A DNA stretch of 64,000 nt from a phage: NCBI GenBank assembly GCA_012441205.1, contig GCA_012441205.1_4705.1. One strand, written 5' to 3'. The notes below the pieces were generated by a model. That model was not told the origin of the DNA. It did not search any database and worked only from the letters and a program-made list of their open reading frames with translations. Position 1 is the stretch's first letter; each line of letters starts with the position of its first letter. A program made the position numbers and the translations under genes. Shown one piece after another: positions 27,653 through 38,085 of this stretch.

Positions 27653-28906
27653 CTACTTCGTTTTCGCCGTTATCGGCTGCGATACTGTAATCTCGACCCG
27701 ATCGACATCGGTACGTTTAACGATGATAAGGCTGCGTTCATCACCGAATGGTTCTGAGATCTTACAAGCCTCTTTAAGATTTTCGAGAATCGTGCCATGG
27801 GGTTCAAACACCGCAAAACCGGAACTAGCGTCGATTCTTATTAAATATACACGCACATTGTTTACGGTAATGGTGTCATCCGTCTTGAACCCACAGCAGG
27901 AGGGTAGACAGAACTGACCATTAACGCAATTAGCTAAGTATGCCTCACCACCGAACATTTCTATTAACGTCACCGGTTTAAATGTTTTCTCTGGGAAAGC
28001 ATTATTAAGAATATCGTTTCCATTCACAAACCAGATCGTTACTTTATCTTCGGAATACGCTAGTCTGTATGGTTGGGTTGCGGACGCCTGCGCTTTATGC
28101 TGGTTAAATAACTTTGATTTTGTCGCAATCACAGCACGACCTTGGGCGTCAAAGTACAGAACTTCATACCCAACACATCCGATAAACACGCGACGGTTAT
28201 TAAGTTCCGGAATTCTGACTACTAACGCATTACCATCTTCCGTCGGTGTAATACCACGTAGGATGATAGATTCGTTGTTCAATGTTGAGTTGCTCACGAT
28301 GACGCTTCGCATTACCGCTGGCGACACTATTTCATCTGCTGCAGGTTCAAGTTGCTCCGCTGTTACAGTCACGGATCTGTCTTCCTTTTCAACTGGCCAG
28401 TTGAAAAGGATTGTTTTATTAAGACAAACAATTGGGGTAATTTCGCCGATACTCCGTATCTTGACTGAGGGGCAATTGCACACATACGGAACAAAAACAT
28501 CAATATCGTTGGTCGCTTCTTCAAGCATGCTAGCATACGCCATTGCTTCGGGACGATCGGTGAGATGAATAACAGCATAGACGATATCGTCTTTTAACCA
28601 CGCACGTTTCACTCGTCCTATAACACGATTGATGTCTACAATAACTCTCTGAGCTTTCATCTCCCATTTTACTGCATCAGTACCACCCGCAACCACGTTC
28701 GGTTTATCCGTGTTTACACGATGAAGGAAACTATTGATTATTTCCTCATCGATCTGGATATCCTTTCTCGCAAAATTCAACAACGGAATAACGAACTCAT
28801 TGTTACCGCACTTCTCTGCTCCGCGAATGATAGGAGTACACTTCTTGTTCTCATCTGATCCCCAGATAACTTTAGTCATTTTCTGTTTCCTTCTTGGGTT
28901 TTGCAC
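27653..28906 (-). CDS. hypothetical protein (417 aa), Cys-containing
   Basis: ORF in the recombination/nucleotide module; no recognised motifs. Confidence 0.55.
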   Translation of the reverse strand: MQNPRRKQKMTKVIWGSDENKKCTPIIRGAEKCGNNEFVIPLLNFARKDIQIDEEIINSFLHRVNTDKPNVVAGGTDAVKWEMKAQRVIVDINRVIGRVKRAWLKDDIVYAVIHLTDRPEAMAYASMLEEATNDIDVFVPYVCNCPSVKIRSIGEITPIVCLNKTILFNWPVEKEDRSVTVTAEQLEPAADEIVSPAVMRSVIVSNSTLNNESIILRGITPTEDGNALVVRIPELNNRRVFIGCVGYEVLYFDAQGRAVIATKSKLFNQHKAQASATQPYRLAYSEDKVTIWFVNGNDILNNAFPEKTFKPVTLIEMFGGEAYLANCVNGQFCLPSCCGFKTDDTITVNNVRVYLIRIDASSGFAVFEPHGTILENLKEACKISEPFGDERSLIIVKRTDVDRVEITVSQPITAKTK

Positions 28907-28912
28907 AAGTTT

Positions 28913-29527
28913 CTAACGGCGTTTTGTACCGACCTTCCCATTTCGATGGTCATCAAGAATACGCCATTCTTCGAACAGGAGTTCGGCTGCGAAATAACCT
29001 ACAGCGATGCTGTCTATCGCATGCTCATCAAGATTCGCTAACACAACACCGTTTCTGGGTGTGATGTTCATGAGGTTCAACACTTTCTGGCGAACATCGT
29101 CCTTACCAACACGGGACGTCATAATCCCAACAGCGCGTTTTGCGCTTCGGTTATCAACCCCTAAGAAAGATACCGTAGGATCAAAATCGATAACCGTTGT
29201 ATGAATCGCTGAAAACAGCTCGCTGAGCGCCATACCGCTTTGCTTGAAACGACCGATGAATGGCGTCTCACAAGCGACCGCTTGCGGCTGGTACTCTTGC
29301 AATAACGTTGTCAGTGAACGACGGTGTTCTTGGATACGTGCGGCACGATTACCGTATCCAAGCGCAATATCGCCATCGGGATCATATCGACGTGAAGCGT
29401 GCCATGTCCCTGCATACAGCAGTTCAATATCTTCGACACGCACGTCCAAACGTAGTAACGACGCACCGAGTGTATCGGTGCCAGGGTCGATTGCCAGAAT
29501 ATCGTAAGCGTATTCTGGTGGGATCAT
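28913..29527 (-). CDS. RuvC-like Holliday junction resolvase
   Basis: ILAIDPGTDTLGASL (cf. RuvC ILGIDPGSRVTGYGV), YQPQAVACETPFI (cf. FQPDYFAIEQVFM), DEHAIDSIAVGY (cf. DAADALAIAITH); start ATG 29527 overlaps upstream stop as ATGA. Confidence 0.75.
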   Translation of the reverse strand: MIPPEYAYDILAIDPGTDTLGASLLRLDVRVEDIELLYAGTWHASRRYDPDGDIALGYGNRAARIQEHRRSLTTLLQEYQPQAVACETPFIGRFKQSGMALSELFSAIHTTVIDFDPTVSFLGVDNRSAKRAVGIMTSRVGKDDVRQKVLNLMNITPRNGVVLANLDEHAIDSIAVGYFAAELLFEEWRILDDHRNGKVGTKRR

Positions 29528-30336
29528 GGTGTTACAACAGCCTCTACTGACCATGGGAAGGTTTTCGCAACAACACCTTCCAGGAAGCGTTCAACTTCCG
29601 ATTGCTCATACACCGAAAGCTTTTCGAACGGCGTTTGGTCTTCGGTTAAACCTATCGCGTGAATAGGACCCAGGTCTTTAACCAGAGTGACTTCGCCTTT
29701 AACGCCTTCGCGTTTAACGATGATCGCATGATCATTAACCTTGGGATCATACAGCACGCGCATCATGGTTACCGCGTCATCCGGTTCATGACCGAAATCG
29801 ATGGCAACACGAGCATTCGTCCCTTCATCATCCAGAAGCTTGCTCAGCGCTTTACAACGGTCTTCAATCCAATCCAACGCAACCACGGTTTCTTGGCGTA
29901 GCTGAACCTCAACTTCTTTTCCTTGTTCGTCGATACGTTTCACGGTAACAAAATCGTGTAATAGGCGGTCAGGAAGGAGGGAAGCAATAAGCTCAATGTT
30001 GGGTTCAGGTTTTTCGTTTTCCAGAATGATGGTCGCTTGTGCGTCCAGATGTTCTTTAAAACGGATGTAGCGCGTTAATCGCAGAACTTCATCTTGGGAT
30101 TTTGCGTCTTCGGGAATAATCTCCGTCATGACGTTATAAATCTTTTCAGCGAACGTCGGAATTACGGTGATTGTAATTCGTGCTGGTGTACCACGCTCCT
30201 GGTACTCATCGGCTAACTTCTTCGCCATCCCGTTAAAGTAGGTCTGGAGAAACGGTTGCTGCGTTAAAAACATTTTCTCCAGATCGGAATAGCGATGCTT
30301 GCGTGCATGGCCTAGCTTCTTCATGGGTTTTTTCAT
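29524..30336 (-). CDS. hypothetical protein (270 aa)
   Basis: ORF; preferred start ATG 30336 with AAGGA upstream. Confidence 0.55.
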   Translation of the reverse strand: MKKPMKKLGHARKHRYSDLEKMFLTQQPFLQTYFNGMAKKLADEYQERGTPARITITVIPTFAEKIYNVMTEIIPEDAKSQDEVLRLTRYIRFKEHLDAQATIILENEKPEPNIELIASLLPDRLLHDFVTVKRIDEQGKEVEVQLRQETVVALDWIEDRCKALSKLLDDEGTNARVAIDFGHEPDDAVTMMRVLYDPKVNDHAIIVKREGVKGEVTLVKDLGPIHAIGLTEDQTPFEKLSVYEQSEVERFLEGVVAKTFPWSVEAVVTP

Positions 30337-30357
30337 CAACAGAAATCCTTATTTGTC

Positions 30358-32814
30358 TTAAATAATCGTGACGTGTTCGTTATATGTTTCAGGGAGAATG
30401 ATGTTCGTTTTATCAAGAACCATACACTCGGCTTTACGGAATGATGCATGGTTGATCACATAGTGACTGATGAACCACACCTGGCTTACGCGGTGACCAT
30501 CAACCAGACGACGAACAAAATCCATGGCATTAGATTGGTGCTGCGGATCAAATGTTGATGCGAATTCATCTAACATCAACGGATAATCCGTAAACCCCTT
30601 GTAATGCATCATCGCGATGATGAACGCGATATTGATAATTTCCTTTTGTCCCTTACTCCCATAAACAATATCTTTTCGCGGTGTCGGATACTTCTCAGTT
30701 AAAAGCGGAAAACGATAGTTCAATCCTTGCGCGTCGATAGCACACGGGAGTATCTGAAGTTGGTATTCCCAAATACTCGCAATGATGCCGTTCATGTACT
30801 CAACGAACGCGTTGATGGGACCCGCAATTGTTTCGGCAATCAGTCCGTTGGATGGACTCAACTCATCCAGAACAAGTTGTGCGTAACTGAGCTGTTCTTC
30901 CACCTCTTTTTGTGTCGTTTCCAACTGAGCCAGAAGCTGCTGGTCGGTTTTAGCTTCCTGTAGTTGCTGTTCGACATGACTTATTCGGCGAACTGTATCA
31001 GACATCGCAGCACGTAACGATTTCGTGTAGAGGTGTTGCAGATACTCTAACCACAGTTGCGTTAACGCTTTATCGCTGTTATCAGAACGTACCTGATCTT
31101 CCATAATCGCCGTAATGGTTTCCAATCTACCTTCCGTAGCTGTGATGGCTTGTGTTAACCGCTCAACGGTTGTTAACAACTCTGTCCTGTTCTTATAAAG
31201 CAATTCTCGACGTTGCTGTAACGGTTCAACATCAACCGCTTGTACACGTTCGAGCATGCCTTGAAGATGTTTACGTTCTTGTTCGGCTTGTGTATAACGT
31301 GCGAGTTTCTCGAATGCAAGCAACCAATCATTAATGATTCCAATGCTGCGGAATCCTAATCCGTTTTTACGTCCTTCTTCCAGCAGATTGTCCCACATGG
31401 GTTTAATGGCGTAATAATCCTTCGTCCAACGTGTTAACTGACGATGTTGTTCCATCCAGAGCGTATAACGCTGAACCTTCTCGCTAAGCTCAGCTAACGA
31501 TTTCTCTTGTTCTTCAACCCAAGCACGGCCTTTCTGAATGCGTTGTTCAATACTCGCTTTGCTGGTCTTTTCCGTTTCACCAACATGAAAGCGATAATTG
31601 CATTTTGGACAGCTGGTCTGGGGTTGATGATTCAGATGGTCGAGATGCGCTTCCAAATCGGCTAACGCATGTTTCGCGTTACGCAAACGCATTCTTGCTG
31701 CCTCTTCCTCCTTGATGTAAGCTTCAGCATCGTAAACATGATAGGTGTTGTCGGTATCAATCCATTCTTGCAATAGTTCCGTTAACGGAGCCTGAACTTG
31801 TGTGAGCTGTTGTAAACAAACCGCAGCGTCCAGATTCATCGTTAAAAGCTCACCTGGATGATCTTGCTGAAGTTGTTCGTCCAAACATGCAATGCGGGCT
31901 TTAATTTGATCGATATCACCTTCGCCAGACTGTTTCAACTGGTCAAGGATATTATCGATACCCAACAGCTCGTCAACCTGACTTTCGAGTTTTGCATTCG
32001 CATTCGCGAGTTGCTCTCTTAGTTCAGCCAGATTCTGCTGTTCTTGTTGCGATGTTCCTCCTTGGTAACGAACAACCGCACGAAGAAGCTCGCGATTAAA
32101 ATGATGGGCACGTTGTGCGGATTCCAGAAGCTGTCGTTGATCAACATCGCTATCGAATAACGGCAATCCCATCATCGCTTCGAGCGCTGAGCGTTGCTGT
32201 TTTAACTCTGCTTCCAATCCCTGGTGGTCGGTGCCCGTGTATTTCGCTTCAATGCGCTGTGATGTTTCAACCAACTTATTCAGTGTATGCTCATTCACCG
32301 CTTTCAGTGAACGTACTTGTTGCTTAACAACCTGAAACAACTCGAGCGCATAATCGACGTTAACCGGACATATCTGTGTTAATCGTTCGCGGCGTTTCAT
32401 CGGTCCCATTTCGGTGAACTGATAAGCCGTTTCGTAACCTAGCAACAAACGAATGGTGTCATCATTAAGTTCGAAATGTTCTTCAATCAGTTTCCATTGG
32501 GCCGGTTGTGTGCCACCACCGTTCAGGTTCTCGCTGTCGTTAACGTAGAACTCATGCTTAAACCCTTTTTCTAAACGACTGATAAGACGGTATTGCTTAT
32601 TACGGTGTTCGCAGCGGTACTCGTAATACCCGTCTTTATCAAAATCAGCACGCTCAGGAACGGTCGGATACAGCAAAGGCAATAGACTACTCTTACCGGA
32701 ACCATTACTGCCTAAAATGAGTTGTACGGGATTATCTGGCCGGATGACCAGCTCCCGAATCATCCCGGTATCAAAACGATTGAATCCACGTAAGTGGAGA
32801 TAGGTGCATCGCAT
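30358..32814 (-). CDS. SbcC/Rad50-like (SMC-family) coiled-coil ATPase
   Basis: N-terminal Walker A LILGSNGSGKSSLL, long Q/E/L-rich coiled-coil middle, C-terminal Walker B/D-loop LMLDEFASTFD and H-loop-like WFISH. Preferred start ATG 32814 (MRCTYLHL), which puts the P-loop about 30 aa from the N-terminus; track start is 32877. Confidence 0.65.
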   Translation of the reverse strand: MRCTYLHLRGFNRFDTGMIRELVIRPDNPVQLILGSNGSGKSSLLPLLYPTVPERADFDKDGYYEYRCEHRNKQYRLISRLEKGFKHEFYVNDSENLNGGGTQPAQWKLIEEHFELNDDTIRLLLGYETAYQFTEMGPMKRRERLTQICPVNVDYALELFQVVKQQVRSLKAVNEHTLNKLVETSQRIEAKYTGTDHQGLEAELKQQRSALEAMMGLPLFDSDVDQRQLLESAQRAHHFNRELLRAVVRYQGGTSQQEQQNLAELREQLANANAKLESQVDELLGIDNILDQLKQSGEGDIDQIKARIACLDEQLQQDHPGELLTMNLDAAVCLQQLTQVQAPLTELLQEWIDTDNTYHVYDAEAYIKEEEAARMRLRNAKHALADLEAHLDHLNHQPQTSCPKCNYRFHVGETEKTSKASIEQRIQKGRAWVEEQEKSLAELSEKVQRYTLWMEQHRQLTRWTKDYYAIKPMWDNLLEEGRKNGLGFRSIGIINDWLLAFEKLARYTQAEQERKHLQGMLERVQAVDVEPLQQRRELLYKNRTELLTTVERLTQAITATEGRLETITAIMEDQVRSDNSDKALTQLWLEYLQHLYTKSLRAAMSDTVRRISHVEQQLQEAKTDQQLLAQLETTQKEVEEQLSYAQLVLDELSPSNGLIAETIAGPINAFVEYMNGIIASIWEYQLQILPCAIDAQGLNYRFPLLTEKYPTPRKDIVYGSKGQKEIINIAFIIAMMHYKGFTDYPLMLDEFASTFDPQHQSNAMDFVRRLVDGHRVSQVWFISHYVINHASFRKAECMVLDKTNIILPETYNEHVTII

Positions 32815-32928
32815 GCTATGATAATCCTTCTTCGATACCTTCTGAACCACGGGTTCAGAATGCGAAGCTGAAGCCATACTTCAGCGTTATTTTCTATATC
32901 GTTATTTAAATCAGTAGGAGATTACAGC

Positions 32929-34017
32929 ATGAGCGACCTGGCAACAGACAATCGCACAAAAGGGAGTCAGCTAGCTCCAGACAACAACGTAAGCGTTTTC
33001 CGTATCTATGCCTTGGGTACTGTTGCTGCCGACTTTTCCAATAAAAGTCTGGAGGAAGATCCTAACCAGACGCTGGAGGTCTTTCTTGATGAGATGATGT
33101 CAGGCGCTGATGGGAAAGTTGAAGCGGTGGGAAGCGTTAAAGAAGTCAGTGCAACAGACGCTCAAGGGAACAGCTATACGGCGAAAGCGGCAACAACAAC
33201 CAGCATACAGTGTTACTGGTTACCCTTCGGCAGTAACCGGATGACAGCACCTAACTTGAGGAAAGGTCAGCGTGTGGTGGTTTGGCGTACCGCGGATGAA
33301 GAACAACTCTATTGGCAACCCAAAGGAGGGGATAGCGAGCTGATGACCATGGAATCGGTTATCCTCACCGTCAGCGCACGTCCTAGCGCCAAGAAGGACC
33401 GTAAATCGATTTCAACGGAAGACTGCTATTACCTAATGGTTGATACCTTCCTCAAGAAAGCGGTTATCGGCACCAGCGCACAGCTTGGTGAAGTTACCCA
33501 AGTCTACATGGAACTTAATCTGGACGAGGGTTACCTACAGGTTGCGGACAGCGTTCATCAAAATCTGTTGTTACTCCATTTTGTCGAGCATATGCTGCGT
33601 TATCAAAACCAGGACGACAGCATCATCGACGTGACAAAAAAGAACATCACGTTCCAGTGCGAGGATACGCTCAAAGCAATCGCTAAGAACGATATCCGAA
33701 TGAAAGCAAAAAATATTTATACGGAATGTGAGAACTTTGAACGTACCAGCAAAACAGAAAGCGTTACGAGTCAGAATGTTTCTTTGAAGTGTGATCGTTA
33801 CACCGCGCAAGTATCAGGACAGACCACGTTTAAATGTCCTAATACGGTATTCACTGGAGCTGTAAGCTTCACAGGTGAAGACGGAAACACGATGACGTTG
33901 AATGGGAACTTCGTACACATCGCAGGCTCTTGGCGTTCACCAACCGGAACAAACGTATACACCCACGATCACGGTGGTGTAGATCGTGGTAGCGGTCGTA
34001 CAGACCCGTTCCAATAA
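32929..34017 (+). CDS. hypothetical protein (362 aa), possibly structural
   Basis: ATG with AGGAG upstream; Gly-rich C-terminus DHGGVDRGSGRTDPFQ; structural role is a guess. Confidence 0.45.
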   Translation: MSDLATDNRTKGSQLAPDNNVSVFRIYALGTVAADFSNKSLEEDPNQTLEVFLDEMMSGADGKVEAVGSVKEVSATDAQGNSYTAKAATTTSIQCYWLPFGSNRMTAPNLRKGQRVVVWRTADEEQLYWQPKGGDSELMTMESVILTVSARPSAKKDRKSISTEDCYYLMVDTFLKKAVIGTSAQLGEVTQVYMELNLDEGYLQVADSVHQNLLLLHFVEHMLRYQNQDDSIIDVTKKNITFQCEDTLKAIAKNDIRMKAKNIYTECENFERTSKTESVTSQNVSLKCDRYTAQVSGQTTFKCPNTVFTGAVSFTGEDGNTMTLNGNFVHIAGSWRSPTGTNVYTHDHGGVDRGSGRTDPFQ

Positions 34018-34048
34018 ACAGAAGAAAAAAAAAAGAAATGCAATACAA

Positions 34049-34088
34049 CCTCCTTCCCTAGCCGTCAAGGCCGGGGAAGGAGGATTAT
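34049..34088. repeat. GGAGG-stem palindromic hairpin element (family copy); A10 tract just upstream at 34025-34034
   Basis: CCTCCTTCC-ctaGCCgtcaaGGCcgg-GGAAGGAGG then ATTATAG; between convergent genes. Confidence 0.55.
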
Positions 34089-34098
34089 AGTTTATTTA

Positions 34099-34488
34099 TT
34101 AACGCGTTGCATTCTGGATGATTTCTTTTCCGATCTTAACCAAAGCGGGTATCTGTACAGCGGTTGCGCCTCGATGACGAAACGCGGTCGTTAACGCGGT
34201 ATCGATACTCACCGCACGTCCGTGAAGACGATCGAAATAGACTTGAGTGATTGCGGTAGCGTAATCCTTTCGCTGTTTCTTGGTTTGGCTCAACAGCGCC
34301 GCACTATGACTAACGATGAAGTAAGCGATTAAGAAGAACGCCGCTGACCGAGAACCAGGTAGAAAACCTTGTCGCTTAGGGAGCATCTCACAATCGCGAA
34401 CACTATTATCGTTCGCCAGCTCTTCCATATCAACACAGCATAATTTTGCATAGGTGTGGAGATAGTGGGTAAAAGTTGAATTTAACAT
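34099..34488 (-). CDS. hypothetical protein (129 aa)
   Basis: ORF in a block of small minus-strand genes. Confidence 0.5.
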   Translation of the reverse strand: MLNSTFTHYLHTYAKLCCVDMEELANDNSVRDCEMLPKRQGFLPGSRSAAFFLIAYFIVSHSAALLSQTKKQRKDYATAITQVYFDRLHGRAVSIDTALTTAFRHRGATAVQIPALVKIGKEIIQNATR

Positions 34489-34593
34489 TTTCTTTCCTCG
34501 ATTGCCATGAGTTCAATGTATAGCTTAAACGTCACAGAACGACGTATAACGGTTTGTTTTAATTTCTAAGGGGTTTCCTTATCTAAGATTGAT

Positions 34594-34956
34594 TTAAAGC
34601 GTTCTGAAGAGTTCTGTAGCGTTCTCGTCACGTAGGCAGGCTTCGTTCAACAATTCAGCTAACAGCTTCGACCGAACTTCAACAAATGTCCTGAGGCGAT
34701 GCTCCCATTCTAAACGGATAGTGTACGTATTATCCAGGTTTTTGTAATCAACGACAGATGTAGAACAACGGGCCTCGCGTTTGTTCACAGCACTCCAAAC
34801 ATCACGGATAACCGTCACGCCTTTCTTGGTACACGTAAACGTTAAAATAAAGCGATTATTCGCAGCTTCTTCACGGACGCCAACAAATTCACTTCGCAAC
34901 GATGAGACTTTGATCAGTCGGTCAATAGCTAACGATAAACCGATACGTTGTTGCAT
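34594..34956 (-). CDS. hypothetical protein (120 aa)
   Basis: ORF. Confidence 0.5.
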   Translation of the reverse strand: MQQRIGLSLAIDRLIKVSSLRSEFVGVREEAANNRFILTFTCTKKGVTVIRDVWSAVNKREARCSTSVVDYKNLDNTYTIRLEWEHRLRTFVEVRSKLLAELLNEACLRDENATELFRTL

Positions 34957-34957
34957 A

Positions 34958-35383
34958 TCAAATTCCTTCTTTCAGAATCTCATTAAGACCGTCAGTAATC
35001 CAGTCGAACTTCGTCTTAATCATGGCTGGGTTCAATCCATATACTTCCCACACAAGCTGGGGTTTATGTGTTCCATCGTCCAAACAAAGCACATCGATTG
35101 AGAGTACCATACCACCCGTCAATTTCATGTTCTCGCAACTACGAAGATATGCGGATTCTAGCAATACTTTCCCTAACGCAGTGCAAGCAAATGTTAACCG
35201 GGAAGAGTACAGGTACGATGACGTTTTACAGTAGGTTGCTGATATCGGTTGAATATGTTTGCGGAGTTTGGCGTCTTCACGTAAAAGCAATAACGTGTGA
35301 TGTAACCGCGTATGCTCGGTAACCGATGAGCTATACTCACCGATACACTCTTCGGCGACTGATTTAGGCCATTTAATTTTCAT
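34958..35383 (-). CDS. hypothetical protein (141 aa)
   Basis: ORF, adjacent to the upstream gene with a 1-nt gap. Confidence 0.5.
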   Translation of the reverse strand: MKIKWPKSVAEECIGEYSSSVTEHTRLHHTLLLLREDAKLRKHIQPISATYCKTSSYLYSSRLTFACTALGKVLLESAYLRSCENMKLTGGMVLSIDVLCLDDGTHKPQLVWEVYGLNPAMIKTKFDWITDGLNEILKEGI

Positions 35384-35398
35384 GTTCGATTCCTCGTA

Positions 35399-35842
35399 TT
35401 AACACTGTGTTCCATTCGATAAGCGGGTGGTATCAAAACGATCCAGTTGGTGTACAATGCTATCAGCAACACGATGCAAATAGTGTATTTTGTCCATTCG
35501 TGAAATCGCAGAAATCGTCCAGCAAGCCTCTGACGTCCAATAGGTGCCGTCTTCACTAAGGCTAACGTTATAAACTAACTTCGTCATCACATTTCTCGCC
35601 TTATGCTCAGCAGACCAGAATATGTTTTCTAACACATCCTTCCCCGTTTGTGAAAACACGAACCCAAGCTTCACGTCGAAGTCGGATGCTTCAAGATTAA
35701 CGCAGTGAAGATGATTCTCTAACGGCGCAAAAGAGGCTAAACGTTCCAGCGCATGTTGCAGTGTGGGATGATCGAGCTTTTCGAGATCATCCGCAGGTTG
35801 TTCAGGTACAATCGCGATCGATTTACAGAATTTAATTTCCAT
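35399..35842 (-). CDS. hypothetical protein (147 aa)
   Basis: ORF. Confidence 0.5.
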   Translation of the reverse strand: MEIKFCKSIAIVPEQPADDLEKLDHPTLQHALERLASFAPLENHLHCVNLEASDFDVKLGFVFSQTGKDVLENIFWSAEHKARNVMTKLVYNVSLSEDGTYWTSEACWTISAISRMDKIHYLHRVADSIVHQLDRFDTTRLSNGTQC

Positions 35843-35877
35843 GGTAGGTTCCTCTTGATAGTGGTTGATGATAGTAA

Positions 35878-35940
35878 CGGGGACGGCGATGTCCCCTTGG
35901 TTTCTTATTGCCCCGCCTGTACCCGATGGGGTACAGGCGG
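35878..35940 (-). other. two tandem stem-loops between co-directional genes
   Basis: GGGGAC-ggcgat-GTCCCC and CCCGCCTGTACCC-gatg-GGGTACAGGCGGG. Confidence 0.4.
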
Positions 35941-35954
35941 GTGATGTTGATGCG

Positions 35955-36362
35955 TTATAGCGGCATCAGACGTTCTTTAAGTTGGGTTAACTTATTTGCA
36001 ACGATGTTCTCAACGTCGATCATCTTGTTCATGTTGTCGAGGGTATCCTGCCAGATGAAAATATCCACGGAACCGGTTCCGACTAACGCGTTCTCAGGAC
36101 GATGGTCACGGGTCACGTAGCGTGGTCTCTGCGGGCAGGTTTGTAACTCGATCCAAAGCGCATCTAACGGACCACGGTCCGTGACACCTAAGGCGAAGAA
36201 TTCACCTCGTACGACCAGAACATCATCAGCCGTCCTGACACGGGTTGATCCTTCGTACACCAATTCCATCTTTGCTCGACAGGCTGGGTTCTCGTTCCAC
36301 GCCTGGACGGCATCGGCAAGGGCTATTGACGTTGCGGTGGTGTTCGTTTGATCATGTTGCAT
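35955..36362 (-). CDS. hypothetical protein (135 aa)
   Basis: ORF. Confidence 0.5.
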   Translation of the reverse strand: MQHDQTNTTATSIALADAVQAWNENPACRAKMELVYEGSTRVRTADDVLVVRGEFFALGVTDRGPLDALWIELQTCPQRPRYVTRDHRPENALVGTGSVDIFIWQDTLDNMNKMIDVENIVANKLTQLKERLMPL

Positions 36363-36439
36363 TCTAAGCTCCTGTAACGCTCTCTAAGCGTCGTTTTAAG
36401 TTAAGGTATAGTTTCCCTTCTTTGGATTCGTTTATTGCG

Positions 36440-36715
36440 TTATACGGCTTTTCTGTGCGCGTAGAACGCCTTCGTTCCGTTGTTGATTGCTTCAACCACA
36501 TCCCGGGTTAACACAACGGCGTTATCGCTTCGAGACGACGGTGCGTAATACCCTTCACCGTTCTCGGTAATCAGGCGATAACGGACTAAGCCTATGCTCG
36601 GTTCAACACGTAGCACCTTCTCAAGTTTGTATTTGATGATCTTCGTCAGGCTAACCGTGTCTGACGCGTAGATCGCTTTATAAACTTTGTTCTTTGCTGT
36701 GGGTTTCATCAACAT
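36440..36715 (-). CDS. hypothetical protein (91 aa)
   Basis: ORF. Confidence 0.45.
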   Translation of the reverse strand: MLMKPTAKNKVYKAIYASDTVSLTKIIKYKLEKVLRVEPSIGLVRYRLITENGEGYYAPSSRSDNAVVLTRDVVEAINNGTKAFYAHRKAV

Positions 36716-36755
36716 GATTTCTGTTGTATTTTCCTTTTCGCTTGTTGGTGTTGGA

Positions 36756-37055
36756 TTAATGTTTAGGTTCCGTTTTGTGTTGTGCGAGTAATGTGTTGAT
36801 CTGCTCCCGTTGTTCTTTTAAGCATGCAGGAAGCTGGTCTTCCCGTACCGTTCCGATTTCCAACGTGATGTACCAACGTTGTTCGGAAGCCTGCCATTGA
36901 AAACTGCTCTGTAACCTCAGGATGCTAGGATCACGTACCTTGCTTGCACTGTAACGGTTGAACCAATCCAGGTATGCTGCTTTCCCTTCCTCGTCAGCGA
37001 TGTAACGCTGCACGCTGTTCTTCCCTTTGTTCTCGTATCCCGTTGCACGTATCAT
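36756..37055 (-). CDS. hypothetical protein (99 aa)
   Basis: Preferred start ATG 37055 overlaps upstream stop as ATGA; ORF track extends to 37109. Confidence 0.45.
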   Translation of the reverse strand: MIRATGYENKGKNSVQRYIADEEGKAAYLDWFNRYSASKVRDPSILRLQSSFQWQASEQRWYITLEIGTVREDQLPACLKEQREQINTLLAQHKTEPKH

Positions 37056-37834
37056 GCGAACGTTTCTCCTGTAATGTGTTGCGGATGGCGTAGCATGGTA
37101 GCATCCCATTGTACGATCTGGCTTCGGCTTACCCGCATCATGATGGATTCGTCATCAAGCCCCTGTTGCGCAACCGGCAACCAACGTTCCCCAAGCACCT
37201 TCGCTTCAACACGTTTCTTGCGTGGGTTGTAACGCACCTCGCTAACCCAAGCGAATCCAAGCGGATGGACTACCCGTGGATAAAACATGCGAAGCAATTG
37301 ATGCATCCGATCCGTTGCCTCCAATTTGCCATCCACCATGTAAGGTTTCACCATGGTAAGCTTTTTGGTGTAATACGTTCCAACGGTATGGTTACGCCAA
37401 CTTGGCAAGGCATGATCCCCTTCTCTCAGTTTGCTATCCGAGTTCATTGACCAGACCTGCTGTTTACCGGCCAGCATCGCGTACTGCCGATCAACGCAAC
37501 GAACCCGATCGGCGAACAATGGATCCAGGACATCATCCACCGCGCCCTTATTGCGATAACCGTGATGTACCACCAACCTGCTTGCGCTCATCGATGCGGG
37601 ATGCTGGCTCTTATGCGCATACAGCCCTCCGTCACCGCGAGCGTCGTAAAGATAACCGCATGCGCCACGCCATATCACCTTGCCTACGGTTCTCTCGTCT
37701 TCAAGCAGCATCGTCGGCCCATCAAGCAAATTGGTGAACCACTGCACCTTCACGCATTCCGCTTGGACATGCTCAGGTAATGCCTGATACTCTTTTTGGG
37801 TGTATAAGGTATCAAAAATGATTTCTTCGTTCAT
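37052..37834 (-). CDS. hypothetical protein (260 aa)
   Basis: ORF; first gene downstream of the long non-coding region on the minus strand. Confidence 0.6.
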   Translation of the reverse strand: MNEEIIFDTLYTQKEYQALPEHVQAECVKVQWFTNLLDGPTMLLEDERTVGKVIWRGACGYLYDARGDGGLYAHKSQHPASMSASRLVVHHGYRNKGAVDDVLDPLFADRVRCVDRQYAMLAGKQQVWSMNSDSKLREGDHALPSWRNHTVGTYYTKKLTMVKPYMVDGKLEATDRMHQLLRMFYPRVVHPLGFAWVSEVRYNPRKKRVEAKVLGERWLPVAQQGLDDESIMMRVSRSQIVQWDATMLRHPQHITGETFA

Positions 37835-37920
37835 TTAAAAAGTTCCTCTGTTTCACGTTAATTAAACAACGTATTGATTTCTATTTGACAGAATACGAAC
37901 ATCGTACGTATCTATCACTT

Positions 37921-37976
37921 AGGTAACGCTTACGCGTCGCGTTCATGATACCATGCATCATGAAGGTAATATAGCC
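37921..37976 (+). promoter_or_regulatory. conserved intergenic element, copy B
   Basis: AGGTAACGCTTACGCGTCGCGTTCATGATACCATGCATCATGAAGGTAATATAGCC; near-identical to 12203-12254. Confidence 0.4.
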
Positions 37977-38085
37977 GTGAAAGGATTTGTGTTAACGCAA
38001 GGGTTTTGTTTGTTTTTTAAGAAGGGATGGATTTAGAAGAGGTGTTTCAAGGAAGGTAAACGAGAATAGGTATTTTGATTTAAGT

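Noticed and set aside
27653-28906. 417-aa protein as SbcD/Mre11 partner of the SbcC-like ATPase
   Set aside because: No DxH, GDxxD or GNHD phosphoesterase motifs were seen in the translation.
37109-37780. Plus-strand ORFs 37109..37450, 37402..37737, 37562..37780
   Set aside because: Antisense to minus gene 37052-37834, Arg/Pro/His-rich and without an RBS; treated as spurious.
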